Shown: piece after piece, positions 21,565-29,349 of the stretch
How the letters are laid out: each line of letters starts with the position of its first letter
Numbering within the stretch: position 1 is the stretch's first letter
DNA from: a virus
Lineage: Duplodnaviria; Heunggongvirae; Uroviricota; Caudoviricetes
Virus record (IMG/VR): IMGVR_UViG_2695420367_000003
Location: 1-35,451 of that record
Direction: 5' to 3' (one strand)
DNA length: 35,451 nucleotides
Made by a program: the position numbers and the translations under genes
The notes under the pieces: model-generated
Databases searched by the model: none
Seen by the model: only the letters and a program-made list of their open reading frames with translations
Told to the model about the DNA's origin: nothing

Positions 21565-23381
21565 AACGTGCTCCGAACTTAAAATACCAACCGCGCGACA
21601 AAATGACGGAAGTCATCATTTTTGCTGGCAGTGATGCCTGGAGCCATGCAAAAGAATGGAATGAATGGGCAGGTAAGCATATTGCAGCAGATGATACACC
21701 ACCAGTCATTCTGGGTACAGAACAACTGGAAAACCTGGATGATATGCAAATTATCGATGAAGGCCGTCATTATGTGCGTGTTTATCGTGCTGGAAAGATT
21801 GCAGAGAAAAGTCTGACGAAGGTTGCGACATTACTTGCTATTGCAGGCGTAAAGGAAGCACGTTGTTACCGTAGCTTTGTTGATCGAGAGCCTGAAGACT
21901 GGACTCCGCGCCTTGTCGGCCTAAAAGCTGAAGCGGAGCATGGGGAAAGTCTGGTGATTGAACTGCCAGTGAAGAAGGCAGAGCGCAAAAATGACGAGCG
22001 TGCTTCATCTTTGGCGTTGAATCAGATGGGGGCCAGCCAGCGCGGTGAAGTTCTCCTTGCACATTACGGCGGCGAACTGGCAATCAATGCCGACTCTGAC
22101 ACCGTTCATCATTACAACGGCGTTGTATGGGAGCCGGTTCAGGATAAAGAGTTACAGCGTGCTATGGCGCAGATTTTCATTGATGCGGAGATCAGCTATT
22201 CGCAGAACGCTATTAAATCGGCGGTAGATACCATGAAGTTAAGTTTGCCTGTAATGGGGAATACAGCCCGTAACCTGATTGGATTCAGTAACGGGGTATT
22301 TGATACCAGAACTGGTAATTTTCGGGAGCATAACAAAAACGACTGGTTGTTAATTGCCAGTGAATTACCTTTCAGCCCACCAGCAGAGGGGGAAACGCTG
22401 GCAACACATGCGCCGAATTTCTGGAAGTGGTTGCGCCGTTCGGTGGCTGAGAATGACCGCAAGGCAGATCGCGTACTGGCGGCATTATTCATGGTGCTGG
22501 CGAACCGGTACGACTGGCAGTTATTCATTGAGGTAACAGGGCCGGGGGGAAGTGGTAAAAGTGTGATGGCGGAGATTTGCACCATGCTGGCGGGTAAGGC
22601 GAATACAGTATCAGCAAGCATGAAGGCGCTGGAAGATGCAAGGGAACGTGCGTTAGTGGTTGGCTTTTCGCTGATTATCATGCCGGATATGACCCGCTAC
22701 GCTGGTGATGGGGCAGGGATTAAGGCCATTACAGGCGGTGACAAGGTGGCAATTGACCCGAAACACAAAGCCCCCTATTCAACGCGTATTCCGGCAGTAG
22801 TGCTGGCGGTTAACAATAACGCCATGTCATTCAGTGACCGCAGCGGGGGGATCTCACGTCGTCGGGTGATATTCAATTTTTCGGAAGTTGTACCGGAGAA
22901 CGAACGCGATTCGATGCTGGCGGAAAAAATAGAAGGTGAGCTGGCGGTAGTGATTCGTCATCTGCTTACACGGTTTGCTGATCAGGACGAAGCCAGACGC
23001 CTGTTATATGAGCAGCAGAAATCTGAAGAAGCACTGGCGATAAAGCGAGAGGGGGATTCGCTGGTGGACTTCTGCGGCTATCTCATGGCATCGGTAATGT
23101 GTGATGGCCTGTTAGTGGGTAATGCTGAAATTGTGCCATTCAGCCCACGCAGGTATCTCTATCATGCCTATCTGGCTTATATGAGGGCACATGGGTTTGG
23201 TAAACCTGTAACACTGACGCGCTTCGGTAAAGATATGCCGGGGGCAATGGCGGAATATGGCAGGGAGTATATGAAACGGAAAACGAAGCACGGTTTGCGT
23301 TCAAACGTGACACTGACGGAGGAATCAGAAGACTGGATGCCATCATGTGTATCGGTCACTAATGACGATAGCAAAAATTAA
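21561..23381 (+). CDS. Phage/plasmid primase-helicase (P4-alpha-like domain with SF3 helicase Walker A GPGGSGKS)
   Basis: 606 aa; Walker A and downstream helicase-like motifs; immediately followed by the iteron array. Confidence 0.85.
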   Translation: MKRAPNLKYQPRDKMTEVIIFAGSDAWSHAKEWNEWAGKHIAADDTPPVILGTEQLENLDDMQIIDEGRHYVRVYRAGKIAEKSLTKVATLLAIAGVKEARCYRSFVDREPEDWTPRLVGLKAEAEHGESLVIELPVKKAERKNDERASSLALNQMGASQRGEVLLAHYGGELAINADSDTVHHYNGVVWEPVQDKELQRAMAQIFIDAEISYSQNAIKSAVDTMKLSLPVMGNTARNLIGFSNGVFDTRTGNFREHNKNDWLLIASELPFSPPAEGETLATHAPNFWKWLRRSVAENDRKADRVLAALFMVLANRYDWQLFIEVTGPGGSGKSVMAEICTMLAGKANTVSASMKALEDARERALVVGFSLIIMPDMTRYAGDGAGIKAITGGDKVAIDPKHKAPYSTRIPAVVLAVNNNAMSFSDRSGGISRRRVIFNFSEVVPENERDSMLAEKIEGELAVVIRHLLTRFADQDEARRLLYEQQKSEEALAIKREGDSLVDFCGYLMASVMCDGLLVGNAEIVPFSPRRYLYHAYLAYMRAHGFGKPVTLTRFGKDMPGAMAEYGREYMKRKTKHGLRSNVTLTEESEDWMPSCVSVTNDDSKN

Positions 23382-23394
23382 ACTTATGGAATAA

Positions 23395-23620
23395 CTGTTC
23401 ACCACTGTTCACCCTGTCATAAATATCTTTTATATCAGTATATTATAGGGTGAACAGTTATTTATGAACTGTTCACCAAACTATTCACTGTTCACCTTTT
23501 TGATTGTTTATTGAGCTTCAAGGGTGAACAGTGGTGAACAGTTGGTGAATAGTTTTTGTGAAACTGTTCACCCATTAACATTATGAATTAAAAGAGAAAA
23601 TATCAAAAGGTGAACAGGTG
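23395..23620. repeat. Satellite replication origin: at least 10 copies of the iteron GGTGAACAG/CTGTTCACC in both orientations
   Basis: Seen directly: the motif recurs at about 23396, 23406, 23449, 23469, 23489, 23524, 23534, 23545 (variant), 23565 and 23610 within an AT-rich stretch downstream of the primase. Confidence 0.8.
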
Positions 23621-23668
23621 AAGGGTTAAAACGCAAAAATTTTAATTTACTGCTGTGAGATAAAGCCT

Positions 23669-23914
23669 ATGACAGCGAAGCACACAAAAAAATCACAATC
23701 GCACGCCCTTGATTTGACGGAACACTGGTTAAGGGTGTCGATAAAAATCATCGACCGCAACGCCGGGGAAGGATACGCGAAAGCACATCCCGAACTGATT
23801 AGCGCATTCATGACAACGGCGGCTGCAAACTTTGCCACTCTGACCGAACGGGAGATTGCTGAAGCGGAGGAAGTGACAACAATCAATATTAAGTCCGGAG
23901 AGCAGGCAGCATGA
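23669..23914 (+). CDS. Hypothetical protein (81 aa)
   Basis: ORF overlapping the SSB-like gene start; no recognisable motif. Confidence 0.45.
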   Translation: MTAKHTKKSQSHALDLTEHWLRVSIKIIDRNAGEGYAKAHPELISAFMTTAAANFATLTEREIAEAEEVTTINIKSGEQAA

Positions 23915-24360
23915 TGGCGCAAATATCAGTTTACGGGCGGTTGGTGGACGACCCGCAGACAAAACAGACCAGCAAGGGCACCCCCATGACGCTGGCGCGT
24001 ATGGCGGTATCAATGCCCTGCAGTCAGTCGGATGACGGTCAGGCGACGATGTGGTTATCTGTCCTGGCGTTTGGCAGACAAGCCGACGCACTGGCAAAGC
24101 ATCACAAAGGCGAACTCCTGAGCGTGGCGGGTAACATGCAGATGAGCCAGTGGACTGGACAGAACGGCGAAACGCGGCAGGGCTGGCAGGTTATCGCAGA
24201 CAGCGTAATCAGTGCGCGATCGGTGCGACCGGGCGGCAAAAAAGGCCAACAGGGGCAGGCTACTGACGAACTGAACAGAGCAAAACAACAGGCAGATCAG
24301 CAAGGAAGCCAGCCACCAGTGGGAGATAATGAGCAATGGGGAGATGATATCCCGTTTTAA
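23911..24360 (+). CDS. SSB-like single-stranded DNA-binding protein with C-terminal acidic DDIPF tail
   Basis: OB-fold-like N-terminal region parallels E. coli SSB; Gly/Gln-rich linker; C-terminal …EQWGDDIPF. Confidence 0.7.
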   Translation: MMAQISVYGRLVDDPQTKQTSKGTPMTLARMAVSMPCSQSDDGQATMWLSVLAFGRQADALAKHHKGELLSVAGNMQMSQWTGQNGETRQGWQVIADSVISARSVRPGGKKGQQGQATDELNRAKQQADQQGSQPPVGDNEQWGDDIPF

Positions 24361-24375
24361 ATATTGCCAATAAAA

Positions 24376-24401
24376 AAGGCCGGAAAAAATAAATTTTCCG
24401 G
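24376..24401. terminator. Hairpin GCCGGAAAA-AATAAA-TTTTCCGGC downstream of the SSB-like gene
   Basis: Perfect inverted repeat with A-rich and T-rich arms; a possible terminator or attenuator before the capsid genes. Confidence 0.4.
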
Positions 24402-24576
24402 CATGCTACATAAATCCCGACCAAAGGGAGTGAAGATATTAACACTAATTGTCCGCACTGAAGTTGTCACCCCAAAACTTTATACAACATTGCACTCGGT
24501 TGCATGTGTTCGCATGACAAATATCGGTGGTAGCATATATCCACAATTATTTTTAATGAATGCAAAGAGGATGCGT

Positions 24577-25617
24577 ATGGTTGATTTATATTCGCCTACT
24601 CAGCTTGTACAGGTGGTTAATGCTGTAGATGTACAAAAACAACTAAATGCGTTGTTTACCAGTTTGTTTTTTACTCGCTCGGTAATGTTTGAATCGCGCG
24701 ATATTATTCTTGATACAATCGACGATCCAAATATCCCAATTGCAGCGTTTTGTTCTCCTATGGTGGGTAGTAAAGTTTCACGTGACGAAGGGTACGAATC
24801 AAAAACAATTCGTCCAGGCTATATGAAGCCGAAAAGCAGCATTGATCCAAATAAGTTAGCTGTGCGCCCTGCTGGTGTATCACCTGAGCAATACAATGCT
24901 TTTGGGGCACGTAATATTAAAGTTAAACAGGCGATTGTAAATCAAGCTAAAGCTATTCGTGCACGTATTGAATGGCTTGCTGTTCAGGCAATCACAACGG
25001 GGAAAAATATCATTGAGGGCGATGGTATTGAACGTTATGAGCTGGACTGGAATATTAAACCACAAAATATCATCACTCAGTCTGGCGGTGCTGAGTGGTC
25101 AGGTAAGGATAAAGAAACTTTTGATCCAAATGATGATATTGAGAGCTACGCAGAATTTAGTGAGGGCGTCACTAATATTATCATTATGGGCGGTAATGTA
25201 TGGAAGAAATACCGTTCATTCAGAGCGATAAAAGAGGCTCTGGATACCCGTCGTGGTTCTAATTCCGAACTGGAAACGGCCCTTAAAGACCTTGGTGATT
25301 CGGTGAGTTTTAAAGGGTATATGGGCGATGTTGCGATTGTTGTATACAGCGGGCGTTATACCGACGAGGACGGAACTGAAAAACATTTCCTTGATCCTGA
25401 TTTGATGGTGCTTGGCAATACGGCTCTTCAGGGGATTGTCGCCTATGGCGGTATTCAGGATCCGGAGCTAATCCGAATGGGGCTGACTAAAGCCGAACTT
25501 GCACCGAAAAACTATATTGTGCCTGGTGATCCGGCTATTGAATATGTGCAGACACATTCAGCACCACAGCCAATACCGGCCCGCATCAATCGTTTTGTTA
25601 CCGTTCGCATTGGCTAA
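24577..25617 (+). CDS. Satellite-encoded major capsid protein, diverged homolog of lambda gpE
   Basis: C-terminal 180 aa align to lambda E (…SGGAEWSGKDKETFDPNDDIESYA…LDTRRGSNSELETALKDLG…GDVAIVVYSG…); N-terminal half diverged but collinear (RPGYMKPKS vs TPGYVKPKH); GAGG RBS 6 nt before the ATG at 24577. Confidence 0.85.
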   Translation: MVDLYSPTQLVQVVNAVDVQKQLNALFTSLFFTRSVMFESRDIILDTIDDPNIPIAAFCSPMVGSKVSRDEGYESKTIRPGYMKPKSSIDPNKLAVRPAGVSPEQYNAFGARNIKVKQAIVNQAKAIRARIEWLAVQAITTGKNIIEGDGIERYELDWNIKPQNIITQSGGAEWSGKDKETFDPNDDIESYAEFSEGVTNIIIMGGNVWKKYRSFRAIKEALDTRRGSNSELETALKDLGDSVSFKGYMGDVAIVVYSGRYTDEDGTEKHFLDPDLMVLGNTALQGIVAYGGIQDPELIRMGLTKAELAPKNYIVPGDPAIEYVQTHSAPQPIPARINRFVTVRIG

Positions 25618-25626
25618 GGGGGAGCA

Positions 25627-25968
25627 ATGGCTACTCATTACACTGAACTCATGGCTGGCACTGAAGCACTGGTGACTACACTGGGGATATTTTCAGCTAA
25701 TAAAGGGGTAATTCATGCATTTACGCCACTGATGCAGGAAGATGCAACAGGTGCACTGGTGGTATGGGATGGTTCGAGCGTAGGTAAAGCGGTTTATGTT
25801 TCCGCTGTACAAATCGACACCGCGAAAAAAACACAGGCTCAGGTCTATAAGACAGGTGTCTTAAATGTTGATGCTCTGAACTGGCCTGAGTCTGTTAAAG
25901 AACTGTCAGTAAAGGTTGCAGCGTTTGTTGGCTCAGGTATTTCTGTTCAGCCGCTGGCTCGTGTGTAA
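25627..25968 (+). CDS. Satellite-encoded head decoration protein, diverged homolog of lambda gpD
   Basis: 113 aa; shares the spaced pattern TPLM…WDG…G…Q.YK.G…WPE…AF.G..ISV with lambda D (copy at 17462-17794). Confidence 0.65.
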   Translation: MATHYTELMAGTEALVTTLGIFSANKGVIHAFTPLMQEDATGALVVWDGSSVGKAVYVSAVQIDTAKKTQAQVYKTGVLNVDALNWPESVKELSVKVAAFVGSGISVQPLARV

Positions 25969-25979
25969 AGGGGGATACA

Positions 25980-26363
25980 ATGCAGAATGATTACAATGAC
26001 CTTAAGCCAATTGCCGAAATGATGTACCCGAATCAAGCTGTAGAGGAATTAAAAGCTATCGCTGACAAAATGTGTTTAAGCGAGCGCCTTGTTGATATGA
26101 ATCAGGTGATGGAAATTACAACCCTGAGTCGTCGTACACTGCTAAACCTTGAGGCTAGTGGAGAGTTCCCGGAGCGTGTGCAGGTTACGGAAGGGCGTAA
26201 GGCCTGGTATTTAAGTGAAGTGATCGACTGGATAAATAATATTCCTCGCGCTTCTGAATATTGCCGCGTACCTGTCCCAAAAAAGCCAGATGCGGCGCTA
26301 TGCCTCAAGATTGAGCGTGTACGCCGCAATGCACGGGATGGTCGCTATAAGCTGATTGGTTGA
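25980..26363 (+). CDS. HTH DNA-binding protein (AlpA/MerR-like motif) adjacent to satellite cos
   Basis: …MEITTLSRRTLLNLEASGEFPERVQVTEGRKAWYLSEVIDWI… helix-turn-helix; last gene before cos. Confidence 0.6.
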   Translation: MQNDYNDLKPIAEMMYPNQAVEELKAIADKMCLSERLVDMNQVMEITTLSRRTLLNLEASGEFPERVQVTEGRKAWYLSEVIDWINNIPRASEYCRVPVPKKPDAALCLKIERVRRNARDGRYKLIG

Positions 26364-26413
26364 TGAAGTTAGGGCCCGCTCTGGCTGGCGGGTCCTTTCC
26401 GGCGATCCAGAAC

Positions 26414-26600
26414 GTTACGGGGCGTCAGGCGCGCAGATTCTTGCTATTTATGACAATTTTCTGCGATTTGCCGTTTCCGTTCTTCTTCCTCGTAACTTAG
26501 TGTTTTTACTAGAAATACCCTCTTAAAAGAAAGGAAATGACAGGTGCTGAAAACAGGCTTTTGGGTCTCCGTCATTTCCTTTCTCATTTTTATCTAAAAG
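26414..26600 (+). promoter_or_regulatory. cos: Satellite cos site (cosN-like 12-mer at about 26420-26431 plus cosB-like R and IHF elements), no terminase gene attached
   Basis: About 190 bp closely similar to the helper cos region (…CGTTTCCGTTCTTCTTC…AAAAGAAAGGAAA.GACAG.TGCTGAAAAC.GGCTTTT…TTTCCTTTCTC…); not followed by Nu1. Confidence 0.8.
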
Positions 26601-26815
26601 TAAGCATCGAGGCCACCCCAAATGCTTATAGAGGTTATTGTGTCACTATGCGTACTGTTCAGGATTTAAAGTAGCAAGACATCTAGTTGCTTGCAGTTTT
26701 GGCGAATGATGTGAGGTTCTCTATAACAGATAATGTAACAAGTTACTGATATATTCTGTTATGGTTGACTTTAAATTCTGTTGCTCCTTCAATGAATTAT
26801 TGAGGGGTGAAAATT

Positions 26816-26841
26816 AGGCGTGATAAGAATCGATCACGCCT
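26816..26841. terminator. Hairpin AGGCGTGAT-AAGAATCG-ATCACGCCT just beyond the 3' end of the minus-strand cargo gene
   Basis: Perfect 9-bp stem; T-rich on the plus side and A-rich on the minus side. Confidence 0.5.
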
Positions 26842-26846
26842 ATTGT

Positions 26847-28163
26847 TTATCTTGAAGAAATTTTAGGCAGGCTTTTTAAAAATAAATCTTTATTTCTACT
26901 TGCATCAGTTAAAAGTGTTAGGAATATTTTATCTGTAGGAGTGCATGTGCTCTTGTTTAACAGTAATTCACCAAGTTTCTGTAATCGAGAGAATTGCCCA
27001 TCCTCTTGGATTCTGTGACGAAGTGTACTATCATTTTTAATAACATCAACAAATGCAGAAACCATGTTAATATCAAAGTATTCAAACATTTCCAATATTA
27101 AAGGTGCAGCCCCATTTGAATAAAAATTCTTCCTTCCATACTGATAGCTGAAACCACGATGGCCAACATAAGTTTTTGTAATGGCTGAAACAAATTCAAC
27201 AATATTATCTTCAGGGACGAAACTCGAGAATGGTAATAATTGGGTTACGATTTTTTCCTCTTCTGACCAATTATCTAAAGACTCGGTGAGTTTATTAATG
27301 AGAGGCTCAATAATAACTTTTCGGGATGCAGGGCTAATATACATCAGTCCATCTACCAATAGTATGAATTGTTGTGCCTTCTCTATCTTATTGTTGTTTC
27401 CTGAAACTAAATACTTGTCAAATTGTTGGCCGACTTTACGTCGGTCGTCTTTTGAAAGTAATGTCCATAAAATAGGTGCGCAAAATTCAATGTTGTTTCT
27501 GAGTTCACTTGATATATTGGATGAGCAGTATGTGCCAAAAAAACGAGAGGATAATTCACTGATATAAATTGCAGGTAGATCTGAAAAGGCTTGCTTAACT
27601 GCCAGACTATTTTTATTAAATGTTGCCGAATCCATTTCTGAAAGATATGTAGATATATCTATGATGGCTGGTGGAAACTCTTTAGAAAGAACGTATTTAT
27701 TACAATCATTAATCAGGTTCACTACTTTGATTAAATCAGGGTCGCTACTTTGTGGATGTCCACCAAATAGATTCCTGGTTTCTCTAGCTTGTTGTAATAG
27801 TTTCTGACCTTCTCGATCGATAACTCCTATTTTAAATGCTCCATCTATTAAATCAAAGTCGCTCACATAATCCTGAAAATCTTCATACGTTTTAATTTCT
27901 TTTTTTTGTTTACACTCTTTGTTGAATAGATCTAGGCTACGATGAATTATCTTTTGACGTAAATCATCAACTACAGCATTCCAGTAAGCAGTGATGGCAC
28001 TTCTATAACCTTTTACAGGAAGAACTCTTATTGCTTCTGAAATATATGGGCAGTCAACTACATCATGCCTCACAGTTGAGAGCGCAGTTTGTAACAATGT
28101 AACTTCTGTAGAGTCTAGTGGAGTTGGCTGCACTAAATGAGAACTTATCTCTGTACCCTTCAT
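26847..28163 (-). CDS. Hypothetical 438-aa protein, AT-rich cargo (function unknown; candidate accessory or defence gene)
   Basis: Long uninterrupted ORF, visibly AT-rich, between satellite cos and the right junction; no motif I recognise. Confidence 0.6.
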   Translation of the reverse strand: MKGTEISSHLVQPTPLDSTEVTLLQTALSTVRHDVVDCPYISEAIRVLPVKGYRSAITAYWNAVVDDLRQKIIHRSLDLFNKECKQKKEIKTYEDFQDYVSDFDLIDGAFKIGVIDREGQKLLQQARETRNLFGGHPQSSDPDLIKVVNLINDCNKYVLSKEFPPAIIDISTYLSEMDSATFNKNSLAVKQAFSDLPAIYISELSSRFFGTYCSSNISSELRNNIEFCAPILWTLLSKDDRRKVGQQFDKYLVSGNNNKIEKAQQFILLVDGLMYISPASRKVIIEPLINKLTESLDNWSEEEKIVTQLLPFSSFVPEDNIVEFVSAITKTYVGHRGFSYQYGRKNFYSNGAAPLILEMFEYFDINMVSAFVDVIKNDSTLRHRIQEDGQFSRLQKLGELLLNKSTCTPTDKIFLTLLTDASRNKDLFLKSLPKISSR

Positions 28164-28517
28164 TTCAGGATTTTCCTATTCTTTTCCATTTTTCTACTCT
28201 ATTGAATTTGAAAAAGATATCAAGTTCGTTCTTGCCAGTTTTAAGTGGAAAAATTGATGTTACCTTATTGAGATAAGGCAGTTCTCTATAACCTATTGTT
28301 ATTAATTATTTTTATTTTTTTTCCAATTCAGATGTTTAGGGCTAAGAAGTTAAGTGAGAGTTCACAGCAAAACTGCTTCTAGTTCCTCACCGAGGAGCAA
28401 AAGGTTAAGACAGCGTACTTTGTATTGCACAATGTATTGCAGAACCTTCTTTCGAAAGCTACAACAATCAATTTTATATTGAAAATTCAATCATATCCTT
28501 TCGATATTGACTCATAT

Positions 28518-28527
28518 AACCCAAGCA
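28518..28527. repeat. Right junction core (attR-like) AACCCAAGCA
   Basis: Identical to 18085-18094; the downstream sequence continues in the E reading frame. Confidence 0.75.
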
Positions 28528-29308
28528 TGAAGTGAATCCGCAGATGACCCTGCGTCGCCTGCCGGATGAAGATCCGCAGAATCTGGCGGACCCGGCTTAC
28601 CGTCGCCGTCGCATCATCATGCAGAACATGCGTGACGAAGAGCTGGCCATTGCCCAGGTGGAAGAGATGCAGGCAGTTTCTGCCGTGCTTAAGGGCAAAT
28701 ACACCATGACCGGTGAAGCCTTCGATCCGGTTGAGGTGGATATGGGTCGCAGTGCGGCGAATAACATCACGCAGTCCGGCGGCACGGAGTGGAGTAAGCG
28801 TGATAAGTCCACGTATGACCCGACCGACGATATCGAAGCCTACGCGCTGAACGCCAGCGGTGTGGTGAATATCATCGTGTTTGATCCGAAAGGCTGGGCG
28901 CTGTTCCGTTCCTTCAAAGCCGTCAGGGAGAAGCTGGATACCCGTCGCGGCTCTCATTCCGAACTGGAGACAGCGGTAAAAGACCTGGGCAAAGCGGTGT
29001 CTTATAAGGGAATGTATGGCGATGTGGCCATCGTCGTGTATTCCGGACAGTACGTGGAAAATGGTGTCAAAAAGAACTTCCTGCCGGACAACACGATGGT
29101 GCTGGGCAACACTCAGGCACGCGGTCTGCGCACCTATGGCTGCATTCAGGATGCGGACGCACAGCGCGAAGGCATTAACGCCTCTGCCCGTTACCCGAAA
29201 AACTGGGTGACCACCGGCGATCCGGCGCGTGAGTTCACCATGATTCAGTCAGCACCGCTGATGCTGCTGGCTGACCCTGATGAGTTCGTGTCCGTACAAC
29301 TGGCGTAA
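28520..29308 (+). pseudogene. E: Major capsid protein E, 3' portion (codons about 80 to 341), separated from its 5' portion by the satellite
   Basis: …KHEVNPQMTLRRLPDEDPQNLADPAYRRRRIIMQNMRDEELAIAQ… to the C-terminus …DPDEFVSVQLA matches lambda gpE; no own start codon or RBS. Confidence 0.9.
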
Positions 29309-29349
29309 TCATGGCCCTTCGGGGCCATTGTCTCTCTGTGGAGAAGTCC

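Larger units (their letters stand above)
18085..28527 (+). mobile_element. About 10.4 kb integrative phage satellite (P4/PICI-like, cos-type) inserted in helper gene E
   Basis: Bounded by a 10-bp direct repeat AACCCAAGCA; encodes int, alpA, primase, iteron ori, SSB-like protein, E and D homologs and cos; the flanks are contiguous lambda E sequence. Confidence 0.8.

Noticed and set aside
26715-28292. 12-bp direct repeat GTTCTCTATAAC on both sides of the 438-aa cargo gene (about 26716-26727 and 28281-28292), possibly a cassette boundary
   Set aside because: A single 12-mer match is expected by chance many times in a 35 kb window, especially in AT-rich DNA; without longer flanking similarity I cannot support a recombination site.
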